From contig CAZPHQ010000004.1 in the NCBI GenBank assembly GCA_964586675.1, forward strand, positions 3,031-67,030: a stretch of 64,000 nucleotides of DNA, given 5' to 3'. The number at the start of each line of letters is the position of its first letter. The first letter of the stretch is position 1. Positions 10,435-20,736 of the stretch are shown here, one piece after another. Source of the stretch: an uncultured Spirochaetia bacterium. GTDB taxonomy: Bacteria; Desulfobacterota_D; UBA1144; Nemesobacterales; UBA2774. The notes beneath the pieces are model-generated. The model worked only from the letters and a program-made list of their open reading frames with translations, was not told the origin of the DNA and ran no database searches. A program made the position numbers and the translations under genes.

Positions 10435-11120
10435 CGACGGGCTCCCGCGAAGAGATACTCCACAGGATTAGAAAGGGCCTCGGGCGAGGGGAGGGCGCCG
10501 GGCACGCGGATTCGGAAGCCCCGCTGCCTCGGAATTCCGGGCCGTCTTCGGGTGCCCGCGAGCAGCTATCCAAAGACGACCTCGCCGATGTATTCGCGCA
10601 ATCGCTCACGGGAGTCAACACGTCCGTCTATAGAGAGAACGGGACGGACGGTATACGTGAATTCATAGCAGGCTTTGTCAGCGAAAGGGGCCTGGAATCG
10701 TTTTCGATATGGGAGACGGAGTTTTTAAACTCGCTCGGCATAAAAGAATCCCTCGAAGGCAGTGGGCTCGCCATTAAATCCGCCGAGAACAAGGCCGAGA
10801 TCGCGCTTTCGAGCGTGGGAATCACGGAGGCGGACTACGCCATAGCCGACACTGGCACGCTCGTTCTGCTCTCGGGCCCCGAGAGGCCGAGGGGCGTATC
10901 GCTGATACCGCCCGTACACCTTGCAATAGTCAAAAAAGAAAATATAGTGAGTAATATAGAAGAGTTATTTGGCATAGTTAATAAATTTTATGAAGACCAT
11001 AAAACCACCCCGGCCTCCGCTACATTTATCACAGGCCCCAGCAGAACGGCCGACATAGAGCTCAACCTGACCCTCGGGGTTCATGGCCCGAAAGAGCTCC
11101 ACGTCCTTATAGTATGCTGA
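10398..11120 (+). CDS. lutC: Lactate utilisation protein C (LutC/YkgG family)
   Basis: Third gene of a lutABC arrangement, in frame and overlapping the lutB stop (GTG at 10431 overlaps TGA in a GTGA junction, so the real start may be 10431). LUD-domain-like ADTGTLVL motif. Confidence 0.75.
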   Translation: MEENEPERRHAVTTGSREEILHRIRKGLGRGEGAGHADSEAPLPRNSGPSSGAREQLSKDDLADVFAQSLTGVNTSVYRENGTDGIREFIAGFVSERGLESFSIWETEFLNSLGIKESLEGSGLAIKSAENKAEIALSSVGITEADYAIADTGTLVLLSGPERPRGVSLIPPVHLAIVKKENIVSNIEELFGIVNKFYEDHKTTPASATFITGPSRTADIELNLTLGVHGPKELHVLIVC

Positions 11121-11135
11121 TTTGAATGTGTCCGA

Positions 11136-11645
11136 CTAATTCCCACCCGGAAAGTCGATGTAAGGTCCTTCCGGTGCCTCGCCAGGCGGAAGGTATTCGG
11201 GCATCGGCTCACCTGAAGACCCGAGCGCCTTCACGAAATAGTGCATGTCGGCCAGGTCAGATTCCTTCATATCGTGGAGTATCCACCACGGCATCGGCGG
11301 CATCCACTTGGTGTTTTTCGCAAGGTGAATCCACTCCTCCTCCGTCATCGAGCTCATGAGCAGCCTGAGATTTGATGCGTAAGTGGTGCCCCACGGACCG
11401 TGCCAGCCGAGAGGGCTGCCGGTGAGCCATTTTTCGATCGGGATATTCCCTCCCGCTTCAGGATATCCTGCCGTATGGCAGTCGTTGCATCCGGCCATCC
11501 TCGTCATGTACTCCCCGTTGGCGAACCTTTCCTGCTCCGTTCTTTTCACGGGCGCGGTGGTTTTTTCAGGCGTGCATGAAACAAAAAAGGCCGCTCCCGA
11601 AAGGGCCGCGGCCACGATTAACAGACTCGATATGATAAATCTCAC
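11136..11645 (-). CDS. Monohaem c-type cytochrome, probable lipoprotein
   Basis: CNDCH haem-binding motif (CxxCH); N-terminal signal peptide ending FFVSC (lipobox-like); Met-rich C-terminal half. Confidence 0.6.
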   Translation of the reverse strand: MRFIISSLLIVAAALSGAAFFVSCTPEKTTAPVKRTEQERFANGEYMTRMAGCNDCHTAGYPEAGGNIPIEKWLTGSPLGWHGPWGTTYASNLRLLMSSMTEEEWIHLAKNTKWMPPMPWWILHDMKESDLADMHYFVKALGSSGEPMPEYLPPGEAPEGPYIDFPGGN

Positions 11646-11847
11646 CTCGACCTCCCTACATTAGTTTATGTGTTTTCCGCGTGCGCTCATAAACCTGGAG
11701 ACCGCGACAATTCACCCTCGAATCGCTCGTCTCGCGCGGGATGACATAACATATAAGAAAGGACAGATAAAGGCAATAGGGCAGAATCCGGCTCGTCCGA
11801 ATCTTTGTCAGCCGTCTATCGAAGACACAGTGAGAAAAGTCGGAGGG

Positions 11848-12567
11848 CTACTTCATTATCCAGTCCCGGGCGTTGAATTCTTTCCCGCTGACGTCCGCTG
11901 ATTCGTCGGAGGCTAGGTAGACGAACACGTGAGAAATATCTTCCGGGGCAGGGAGGGTTTCGGGGTCTTCGTCGGGATACGCGTCGGCCCTCATGTCGGT
12001 CCGCGTGCCCCCGGGATTGATGGAATTGACTCGTATATGCATATCCGAGAGCTCGTCCGCGAGGACCTGCGTCAGCCCTTCGAGCCCGAACTTCGAGGCA
12101 GCGTAGGCGCCCCAATCGCGCTTTCCCTTCCTGCCGACGCTCGAGCTGACATTTATTATCGACGCGCCCGGCGAGAGGAACGGGAGGATAGCTTTCGTAA
12201 CATAAAACTGCGCGTTCAGGTTTATCTGAATGACTTCGTCCCAAACGTCTTCCGGGTATTCGGCTATCGGGGCCCTCACGCCGAGGATGCTGGCGTTATT
12301 GACGAGGACGTCGAGGGATTTCCACCTTTCGGCAACTGCGGCGGCAAGAAGCGTGGCTTCACCTTTATTCGCTATATCCGCCACGACATAGTCTATATCG
12401 CCCGAGCCGGAAAGCTCGTTGCAGGCAGATTTCAGATTGATCTCGTTACGGCCGCAGATGAGAACGGACGCGCCTTCCCTGAGGTAGGCTTCGGCCACGC
12501 CCCTTCCTATCCCCTTGGCTCCGCCAGTTATCAGCGCCTTTTTGCCTTTGAGCTTCATGGTACTCAA
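11848..12567 (-). CDS. SDR-family oxidoreductase
   Basis: KKALITGGAKGIGRG Rossmann motif; NNAS and YAASK catalytic motifs. Confidence 0.8.
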   Translation of the reverse strand: MSTMKLKGKKALITGGAKGIGRGVAEAYLREGASVLICGRNEINLKSACNELSGSGDIDYVVADIANKGEATLLAAAVAERWKSLDVLVNNASILGVRAPIAEYPEDVWDEVIQINLNAQFYVTKAILPFLSPGASIINVSSSVGRKGKRDWGAYAASKFGLEGLTQVLADELSDMHIRVNSINPGGTRTDMRADAYPDEDPETLPAPEDISHVFVYLASDESADVSGKEFNARDWIMK

Positions 12568-12641
12568 TTCTACCTGCTAAGCGGCCGTGTCCGAACCGTT
12601 TCTTTTCGTCGAGAATATCACGGCTCGCCCTGGCCGGAATA

Positions 12642-13625
12642 TTATGTGCCGGCCTCTGTGGGCTTCGTTTTAAAGAGCGACACCACCACCCCGCCCGCAA
12701 GCAGGAGAAGGGTTACGGAGAGGGATATGAGCGGATCAATCTTGCCGAAGAAGTGATTCCAGAATATCTTGCCGCCGATGAATATAAGAACGGCGGAAAG
12801 GGCGTACTTGAGATAAACGAACCTCGTCACCATGCCCGCCAGGGCGAAATAAAGGGCCCTCAGGCCGAGTATGGCGAATATATTGCTGGTATATACGATA
12901 TATGTATCGGTGGTGATGGCGAATATTGCCGGGATCGAATCGACGGCGAATACGATGTCCGCCCCCTCGACCATTATCAGGGCTAGAAAGAGCGGCGTTG
13001 CGAGCTTTATCATTTTTCCCGAGGCCGGGTCAGGCTGGTTGACGAAGAACTTCTCGCCGTGGAGCCTGTCTGTCACCGGAATGTGGTTCCTGAGGAACTT
13101 CAGGAACACGTTGTCCGTCATGTCCGGATCGTGGTCCGCCGAAAAAAGCATCTTGATCCCCGTGAGGACGAGAAAGCCGCCGAATATGTAGAGTATCCAT
13201 TCGAACCTTTCGACGAGGGTCGCGCCGACTCCTATCATTATCGCGCGGAGGATTATAACCCCCAGAATGCCCCAGAAGAGAACCCTGTGCTGGTAAAGCC
13301 GGGGAATGCCGAAATACGAGAATATAAGCGAGATGACGAAAATGTTGTCCATCGACAGGCTCTTTTCCACGAAATAGCCCGTGAGATAATTTATTCCGGA
13401 CACCTGGCCCATCGACCACCATATCCATACGCCGAAAAGAAGGGCGATCACTATATACCCCGCACTCAGTAGAAGGCTCTCCTTTATCGAAATCTCCCGC
13501 TTCTCCTTGTGAAGAACGCCGAGGTCGAGCGCCAGCAGCGTGAGCACGAGCGCCAGGAAAATGACCCACATCCAGAGGTCTTTTCCCATCAAGTCGACTG
13601 TAAAAGCTCCCGTTAATAATTCCAT
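12642..13625 (-). CDS. TerC-family integral membrane protein
   Basis: Multi-pass hydrophobic protein with the TerC signatures LSMDNIFVI and repeated membrane DxxxFA segments. Confidence 0.8.
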   Translation of the reverse strand: MELLTGAFTVDLMGKDLWMWVIFLALVLTLLALDLGVLHKEKREISIKESLLLSAGYIVIALLFGVWIWWSMGQVSGINYLTGYFVEKSLSMDNIFVISLIFSYFGIPRLYQHRVLFWGILGVIILRAIMIGVGATLVERFEWILYIFGGFLVLTGIKMLFSADHDPDMTDNVFLKFLRNHIPVTDRLHGEKFFVNQPDPASGKMIKLATPLFLALIMVEGADIVFAVDSIPAIFAITTDTYIVYTSNIFAILGLRALYFALAGMVTRFVYLKYALSAVLIFIGGKIFWNHFFGKIDPLISLSVTLLLLAGGVVVSLFKTKPTEAGT

Positions 13626-13985
13626 TTCAGTCTATCGTCTCCGTTTATCGGTTATAGTCCGCGCCTGTGCGGGCGGCTGTGAATCCACCCGCTCGAGCTC
13701 CCGACTTTTCGTCGTGGGGGGCATACGCTAGCCGCGTCTGCCCGGGCGAAGGGTGTGCGTCAAAAAACCGGTTATATGATACATGTTTCCGTGTGCAATG
13801 TAATTACAAATTTAAGTCGTAATAAAAACCGCCGGTACAGAAATAACGGTAGCTAAAGGCATTCAGCCCCGGATGATTCATCCGCATTATTCAAGAATAT
13901 TCACGATAATTCCGGAGACAAGCTGTACGGGGCCGCAGTTTTCGTGTCATGATATAATCTTCTGACAAACCGGAGACGACGCTAC

Positions 13986-15251
13986 TTGGCCTCATTCAGC
14001 TTCATACACACCGCGGACATTCACCTCGACAGCCCCCTCAGGGGCCTCGACGGCATGGAGGGCCCCTCTGTCGAGCGCATCCGGACGGCGACACGGAGGG
14101 CCTTCGATAACCTCATCACAGAGGCCGTGGAGCGGAAAGTGGATTTCGTCATCATAGCAGGCGACCTCTACGACGGCGACTGGCGGGACTACCAGACGGG
14201 GCTCTTCTTTGTCGGCCAGATGGGACGGCTTTCAAGGGCAGGTACCCCGGTGTATATACTTTACGGCAACCACGATGCGGAAAGCCAGATCACGAAGCGG
14301 CTTACTCTGCCCGATAACGTGAGGGTATTTTCAGCGAGAAAGCCTGAGACATTCAGCCTCGAAAACATCAACGTTGCCCTTCATGGGCGCGGGTATTCCG
14401 ACCGCGACATCACGGAGAATCTTGCCGCTTCCTATCCGGCCCCGGTCCGCGGTGCTTTTAACATAGGAGTTTTGCACACGGGAATGGGCGGCATGGACGG
14501 GCATGCCAACTATGCACCATGTGTCCTCGGCGAGCTTCTCGCGAAAGGGTACGACTACTGGGCGCTCGGCCACGTGCACCAGGGCCGCGTGATCAGCGAG
14601 AACCCGCACGTCGTCTTCCCTGGAAATCTTCAGGGGAGGCACATACGCGAAACGGGGCCCAAGGGCGCTTATATCATAGCGGTCGATGATAATGAAATAT
14701 CCTCGTTCGAACCCGTTTACACCGACGTCGTAAGATGGGAGCTTCTCAAGATCGACGCGGGCGGATGCGAGCGTCTTTCGGACATTTACGAGAGGATGCG
14801 GAGCGCGATAGAGGAGGAGGCGGGAAAATCCGATGGCAGGCTCCTGGCCTGCAGGATCGAGCTCTACGGACAGAGCGCGATACACGATAATCTGATAATA
14901 TCGGGCGACAATCTCCTGGCCGAGGCGCACGGAGCGGCTCACGCCCTCGGCGACGGGGCGGCGTGGGTGGAGCGCGTCGTGGTATCGACGGATCCGGACC
15001 GCCGTCATGATACAGACACCGGAGAGATCCTTGGCGATCTTTACGGCATACTGCGCGGCGCGGAGGAGGATGCGGACCTTCAAAATCTTCTTAAATCCGA
15101 TTTAAGCGAAATAATATCGAGGCTGCCGTCCGACATAAGAAGCGATATAGAGGACGCCGTCCTGGGCGCGGCTGTGCAGTCCGATTACCGGGCGCTGGCG
15201 GAGCACACGGGAGAATATTTAAGGGCGCTCCTCAAGACGAGAGAGGGCTGA
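13986..15251 (+). CDS. Metallophosphoesterase / SbcD-like DNA repair exonuclease (YhaO-type)
   Basis: Calcineurin-like motifs FIHTADIHLD, IIAGDLYD, GNHD and GHVH. TTG start; it sits immediately upstream of the large ATPase partner. Confidence 0.75.
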   Translation: MASFSFIHTADIHLDSPLRGLDGMEGPSVERIRTATRRAFDNLITEAVERKVDFVIIAGDLYDGDWRDYQTGLFFVGQMGRLSRAGTPVYILYGNHDAESQITKRLTLPDNVRVFSARKPETFSLENINVALHGRGYSDRDITENLAASYPAPVRGAFNIGVLHTGMGGMDGHANYAPCVLGELLAKGYDYWALGHVHQGRVISENPHVVFPGNLQGRHIRETGPKGAYIIAVDDNEISSFEPVYTDVVRWELLKIDAGGCERLSDIYERMRSAIEEEAGKSDGRLLACRIELYGQSAIHDNLIISGDNLLAEAHGAAHALGDGAAWVERVVVSTDPDRRHDTDTGEILGDLYGILRGAEEDADLQNLLKSDLSEIISRLPSDIRSDIEDAVLGAAVQSDYRALAEHTGEYLRALLKTREG

Positions 15252-15254
15252 GCG

Positions 15255-18200
15255 ATGCGCATACGACGGCTCGACCTCACACGATACGGGTGCTTCACGG
15301 ACAGGCGGCTCGACATACCCGCCATGCCCGCCGACTTCCATATAGTATTCGGCCCGAACGAGGCCGGGAAGTCGACCGCGCTTTCCGCCATCGAAGACCT
15401 TCTGTTCGGGATCGACCCGAAATCGAAATTCGGATTCCTTCACGAGTATAAGAACATGCTGCTGGGCGCGGCGCTCGAAAATGGAGTCGAGACAATAGAC
15501 GTCCGCCGCAGAAAGGGCAACAAGGACACCCTTCTCACGCCGGGCGGCGTCCCAGTGAGGGGAGGGGAGGGTGCCCTCGCGCCTTTTCTGGGCGGAGCAA
15601 GCGAGGAATTTTTCACTCGTATGTTCAGCCTCGACCATATTCGCCTCAGGAGGGGAGGGCAGGAAATCCTCGACTCCGAGAGCGAAGTCGGCCAGACGCT
15701 CTTTTCCGCGGGGACAGGTTTATCGGGGCTAAGAGAGAAGCTCCGGGGTCTGAATGCAGAGGCGGAGGAACTATGGGCTCCAAGAGCACAAACTCGAAAA
15801 TATAACCAAGCTCAGGCCCGTCTCAATGAAGCTGAGAAGGCGATACGCGAGCATACAGTCACGGCTGCCAATTGGCAGGAGCTCAGACGGGCGTTCGACG
15901 AGGCGCAGAAGCACTACCATACGCTCGACGAAGCGAGGAGAAATATCTCACATGAGCTTAGGAAACTGCTCAGAATCCGCCAAATTTATAACTACGTGGA
16001 AGATCTCTCTGATACGGAAAGAAAGATGCTCGAATTGGGTAGTGTTGTAAGATTCCCCCAAAACGCGCTCATCAACTTCGATAAAGCAGAACGCGAGCTC
16101 GACAAGTGGTTACATCAAGCCGGAACTTTAAAGCTGGAGCTAGAAGAGGCGAATACCGAGCTCGAAGGAATGAAATATGACGAGGAACTCCTTCTCCGCG
16201 AGAGCATAATCCTGTCATTCCGCGACCGCCGGATAGAGGTCAGGAAAGAGAGGGTGGACCTCCCCAACCGCGAGGCAGAGCTCGCGGCCGCCAAGGCGAA
16301 TATCAGAAGACTCGCTAGCGAAGCTGGGCTGGAAGGCGACGACGCGGAAGTCCTACTAAATCGCATACCAAAACGGGCAAAGGTGGAGACAACGCGGGCG
16401 CTTCTGAATGCCCGAGGCAAGATAATCTCGGCAATCTCCAACACAAGAGACGGCGCAGTGGAAGTGGAATATCAAATCACAGACTTGGAGCGAAAAATAA
16501 AGAATATGGGCGAGCCCAGAGACATTTCGGGGCTCTCAGCAGTGCTCAGGGCCATACGCGCCGGGGGCGATATTGCATCTCTGATACGCTCGGCCGGGCT
16601 GGAAATGAAAGCCGCCGAAGATGCTGCTGCGCTCCACCTGAAATCACTCAATCCAAGTGTCGAGGAAAACGTGCTCATTGGCGTTTCCGTCCCGATCAGG
16701 GAGGCCGTTCAGAATCACCGCGACGAAAGACGCTCACTCGACCTCAGGGTAAAGCAATGCGAGGAGGAGATTCGTGGCACCGGGCAGGAGCTCGAAAGAT
16801 ACAAAAAAACATATGAACGGCTCTTGAAAGAAGGGCACGCAGTGTCCATCGACGAGCTCGTGAAGGCACGTGAAGCCAGGGACACCGGGTGGTCTCTATT
16901 AAAACGGCGCTACGTCGCGGGTGAGGCCGTGCCGGAGGCGGAAATAGCGGCGTTTACAGGCAGCGAGGCTTCACTGACGGAAGCGTACGAATCCGCTGTC
17001 GTCGAGGCCGACACGACGGCCGACCGACGCTTCGACAACGCGCAGTCTGCCGCAGAGATAACGACAATCTCACGGCAAGTCGCCGAAAAAGAGGAGCTCC
17101 TCGAAAGCCTCTTCAAGAACGAGAGAGCGCTTTCGGAGGATTCGAAGTCACTGGAAGCGGCGTGGAGAAAGATGTGGGAAGGGGCTCCGTTCGAGCCCGC
17201 ATCTCCGGATTCCATGCTCGGATGGCTCGCCGCCAGAAGCGATATAATGAGGCTCGTCGAAAACCGCCTGGAGGCTTCGCGAAGACTTGAGGCCTTATAC
17301 AACGAAGAATCTAAAGCAAAGGCCTCCATAATCGCAGAGCTTTCATGGCTTGCCGCGAACGAATCCGCGCTTGCAGAAAATCCGCTCGGCGTAATTATAG
17401 AAGCCGCGTCCGACATTCTCGCGGAGCACGATAAGAAAGCGGCCCTGAGAAAAGAGCTTCTAGAGAATCTGGCCAAGCTCGAGGCCGAAGCCGAACGGAA
17501 GCGAAGGGCTTTAAAGATCGCCAAAGAAGAGGGGGATTCGTGGCGGGAAAAGTGGGCGGAAGCACTCAGGGCATTAGGTATCTCGGAAAACACTCCGCCC
17601 GAGGAAGCTGCACCCAAGCTAAGCGCCATAGAAGAAATGAGGGAGATCGCGGTCGAAATAAACCATATCCTCTATGAGCGGATCGAAAAGATAAAACGCG
17701 ATATCGAGAACCTTACACATGACGTAAGAAATTTCGTGAGCGCGGCGGCAAAAGACCTCGCAGCCGAAGACGACACCGAAAATGCCGTAATTAAGCTCGA
17801 ACAGCGCCTTGATGAAACGAAAAGAACGAGCGAGCAGAGAAAGGAAAAAGAAAAAGAGATATCCCGGCTCGAACGAAGAATTAAAGAGGCCGGAGACTCG
17901 GCCGCGGAGGCGCGCGAAACTATAAGCTTCCTTCAAAAATCTGGACGGACGGAAAACACCGCTCAATTGCGTGATGCAATCCTGAAATCGGACAAGCTGA
18001 GAGAGCTCGAAGACAAAAAACAGCGCCTGACGGACAGGCTCGTCCAAGACGGCGACGGGCTCAGATTAGAAGAGCTAATTCATGAATGCAGCGGGGCAGA
18101 TATTGAACAGGTCCGGGATAGGATCGAAGAGTTCGAAGAACAGCAGAATGATTTAAAGATACAACTCGAAGCCACAGCTATCGATCTATCGCAAAAGAAA

Positions 18201-18770
18201 AAGGATTTCGAAGCTCTCGGCGGCTCAGGGCGTGCGGCCGAGGCGGCATCGAGGAAAGAATCGGCGATCGCCGAGATGAAGCAGGTTGCCGAGCGCTATG
18301 TCCGGGTCCGCTCGGCCGCCAGAATGCTCGAATGGGCGATTGACCGCTACGGACGCGAGAAACAGGCTCCGCTTCTCGGGCGCGCCGGGGAATTATTCGC
18401 AGCTCTCACGAATGGCTCGTTCTCCGGGCTCGAAATCATATTCGACGAGAACGATCGCACGCGGCTCGCGGGAGTCAGGACCGGTGGCGATAAGGTCGAG
18501 GTCTCTGGAATGAGCGACGGTACGGCCGACCAACTTTACCTGGCGCTTCGCATAGCGGCAGTCGAGGATTATCTCGAAAGCTCGAACGCGCTGCCGTTTA
18601 TCGCGGATGATCTCTTCATTAACTTCGACGACACTCGCTCGGCCGCCGGATTAAAAATACTCGACCAGCTATCCAGAAAAACCCAGGTTCTTTTCTTCAC
18701 CCATCACGCGCACCTCGTCGAGCTTGCGCGTGAAACCCTCGGCGAATCCGTGAATGTCGTAAGGTTGTAA
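15255..18770 (+). CDS. SbcC/Rad50-like AAA ATPase with long coiled coil (YhaN-type)
   Basis: N-terminal Walker A (GPNEAGKST), ~900 aa of coiled-coil-like E/K/R/A-rich sequence, and a C-terminal signature/D-loop region (LPFIADDLFINFDD...VLFFTHHAHL). Confidence 0.75.
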   Translation: MRIRRLDLTRYGCFTDRRLDIPAMPADFHIVFGPNEAGKSTALSAIEDLLFGIDPKSKFGFLHEYKNMLLGAALENGVETIDVRRRKGNKDTLLTPGGVPVRGGEGALAPFLGGASEEFFTRMFSLDHIRLRRGGQEILDSESEVGQTLFSAGTGLSGLREKLRGLNAEAEELWAPRAQTRKYNQAQARLNEAEKAIREHTVTAANWQELRRAFDEAQKHYHTLDEARRNISHELRKLLRIRQIYNYVEDLSDTERKMLELGSVVRFPQNALINFDKAERELDKWLHQAGTLKLELEEANTELEGMKYDEELLLRESIILSFRDRRIEVRKERVDLPNREAELAAAKANIRRLASEAGLEGDDAEVLLNRIPKRAKVETTRALLNARGKIISAISNTRDGAVEVEYQITDLERKIKNMGEPRDISGLSAVLRAIRAGGDIASLIRSAGLEMKAAEDAAALHLKSLNPSVEENVLIGVSVPIREAVQNHRDERRSLDLRVKQCEEEIRGTGQELERYKKTYERLLKEGHAVSIDELVKAREARDTGWSLLKRRYVAGEAVPEAEIAAFTGSEASLTEAYESAVVEADTTADRRFDNAQSAAEITTISRQVAEKEELLESLFKNERALSEDSKSLEAAWRKMWEGAPFEPASPDSMLGWLAARSDIMRLVENRLEASRRLEALYNEESKAKASIIAELSWLAANESALAENPLGVIIEAASDILAEHDKKAALRKELLENLAKLEAEAERKRRALKIAKEEGDSWREKWAEALRALGISENTPPEEAAPKLSAIEEMREIAVEINHILYERIEKIKRDIENLTHDVRNFVSAAAKDLAAEDDTENAVIKLEQRLDETKRTSEQRKEKEKEISRLERRIKEAGDSAAEARETISFLQKSGRTENTAQLRDAILKSDKLRELEDKKQRLTDRLVQDGDGLRLEELIHECSGADIEQVRDRIEEFEEQQNDLKIQLEATAIDLSQKKKDFEALGGSGRAAEAASRKESAIAEMKQVAERYVRVRSAARMLEWAIDRYGREKQAPLLGRAGELFAALTNGSFSGLEIIFDENDRTRLAGVRTGGDKVEVSGMSDGTADQLYLALRIAAVEDYLESSNALPFIADDLFINFDDTRSAAGLKILDQLSRKTQVLFFTHHAHLVELARETLGESVNVVRL

Positions 18771-19473
18771 CAATTTGAAGACTTACCCGGAAGATCCGAC
18801 TACAAAGGCTCGTCCATAAACCGCCCAGCAGAAGGCTGCCGACTCGATCCGACCTCCACGAAACCCCGAAGACGCATCGCTCCCGGCGGCGTAGACTTAA
18901 CGTCCGATAATATATATTATGTTAACTCATAAATCTTACATTTATAAGGCCTGTTTTTCTGCTTAAAATCGCCCATTGTCATCATCCCTATTCGGCTAAG
19001 CCAGCGGGCAAGCAGACTTATTGCACTATAGGCGAGCACTCGAATCTAAATTCACCCGCGCCGTCGAGGCTGGACAAACCGGCGATATTACTGTTGTCCA
19101 ATATTTCCTCGATTGATAAAACAGCATCGGCGTTGGGGAATCCATTGAAGCCGGCTACGCCGCATTCTACGTTGAAGCAGTCTATAACTGCGCAGTTGAA
19201 AAATTCGACTCTCCCTTGCAGAACGAGCGGACTGGTGGAAAGATCGCCTTCATAGAAATTGCAGCCGTAAGGATTACAGATTTCCAGAGAACAGACTGCG
19301 CTGCATTATTTACTATATCATATTAAACAACTTATTAGTCAATTATCATTACTGCTTCCACTATCCTTATCTACCGCTCGCGCAAACGGAGTGCGCTTCG
19401 CCTACGGCTTGAAAAATCCCTCGCAATCATTATATTAAATCGAAAACCGAATACATGTTTTGAGGTCAACGGT

Positions 19474-19833
19474 ATGCCGATATACGAATATGAGTGCAAG
19501 AAATGCGGGAGAATAACCGAGGCGCTTCAGGGATTTAACGATCCGCCCTTAAAGAAATGCAAGCACTGCAAAGGAAAGCTCGAAAAGCTTATCTCCCTCT
19601 CTTCGTTCCAGCTACAGGGCACGGGATGGTATTCCACCGACTATGCCAAGGGGCCGGGAATACCGCCCCACGCGAACGACTTGGGCACAGCGCCAAAAGA
19701 CGGAACCGAGACCAAGGAAACGAAACCAGTGACGGGCCTCCCGTCCGAAGCCGCTGCCGTATCCGGTGCTTCCACAGTGGACTCTATAAAAAAGGATACT
19801 GATAAGGCCAAGGCGAAGACAAAGTCTGCGTAA
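19474..19833 (+). CDS. FmdB-family zinc-ribbon protein
   Basis: MPIYEYECKKCG...CKHC, two CxxC pairs, then SFQLQGTGWYSTDY, all characteristic of FmdB putative regulatory proteins. Confidence 0.7.
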   Translation: MPIYEYECKKCGRITEALQGFNDPPLKKCKHCKGKLEKLISLSSFQLQGTGWYSTDYAKGPGIPPHANDLGTAPKDGTETKETKPVTGLPSEAAAVSGASTVDSIKKDTDKAKAKTKSA

Positions 19834-19923
19834 ATAGAGCGGAGGTCGGCCCTACCCCCCCTGCGCCAGAACTTAAAGTAAATAATTTAAAGTTTATTTG
19901 TCTGATTTTTATAGAATGTTCTC

Positions 19924-20715
19924 ATGGACTTACAAATAAAAAATAAAGTAGCGATTGTGGCTGCGGCGAGTAAGGGATTGGGCAGGGCAACAGCCCTTGG
20001 GCTTGCCCGTGAAGGCGCGAGACTCACGATTTGCGCGCGCGGCGCAGAAGAGCTCGAGAAAACGGCCCGTGAAATCAGGGAAGAAAGCTCCGCTGAAGTC
20101 CTCGCCATAGCGGCCGACGTATCCAGAACAGAGGACATCCGGAATGTAGTCTCGGAGACCCTCGAAAAATACTCGACCGTCGACATCCTCGTAAACAACG
20201 CGGGCGGGCCACCCGTCGGCGGCTTCCTCGATTTCTCTCTCGACAACTGGCAAAAGGCAGTCGAGCTCAACCTCTTCAGCACCATAACCTTTTGCCGCGA
20301 GGTGATCCCCCACATGAGGAAAAACAACTGGGGCCGCATCGTGAATATCACGTCCGTTGCCGTAAAGGAGCCGATAGACGGCCTCATACTCTCGAATACA
20401 GTCCGCGCGGGAGTTACAGGGCTCGCCAAGTCGCTCTCGAAGGAATTCGGACGCTACAATATAACTGTCAACAACATCTGCCCCGGAAGGATACTCACAG
20501 ACAGGATAATTCACCTGGCCTCGATGCGCGCAGAGAAGGAAGGGAAAACGGTAGACGAGGCGCTCGCCTCCATGGGCAGCGACATTCCCGTTGGAAGGAT
20601 CGGAAGGCCCGAGGAGCTCGCGAACCTAGCTGTCTTTCTCGCATCCGAGCGCGCGAGCTATATCACTGGAACGAGCATCCAGGTAGACGGCGGGCTCGTC
20701 AAGGGACTTTTCTGA
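19924..20715 (+). CDS. SDR-family oxidoreductase (FabG-like 3-oxoacyl reductase)
   Basis: KVAIVAAASKGLGRA Rossmann motif, NNAG, and the catalytic S...Y...K arrangement. Confidence 0.8.
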   Translation: MDLQIKNKVAIVAAASKGLGRATALGLAREGARLTICARGAEELEKTAREIREESSAEVLAIAADVSRTEDIRNVVSETLEKYSTVDILVNNAGGPPVGGFLDFSLDNWQKAVELNLFSTITFCREVIPHMRKNNWGRIVNITSVAVKEPIDGLILSNTVRAGVTGLAKSLSKEFGRYNITVNNICPGRILTDRIIHLASMRAEKEGKTVDEALASMGSDIPVGRIGRPEELANLAVFLASERASYITGTSIQVDGGLVKGLF

Positions 20716-20736
20716 CCGTCTCCCGGGCGTAAACAA

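Noticed and set aside
13660-13720. tRNA-like T-loop motif (ctgtgaatccaccc) upstream of the SbcD-like gene
   Set aside because: I could not build an acceptor stem, D-arm or anticodon arm around it on either strand. This is most likely a chance GAATCC match.
16910-18047. Ser/Ala-rich minus-strand ORFs inside the SbcC-like gene
   Set aside because: They are antisense to the coiled-coil region. Their repetitive Ala/Ser composition mirrors the E/K/R/A-rich sense strand.
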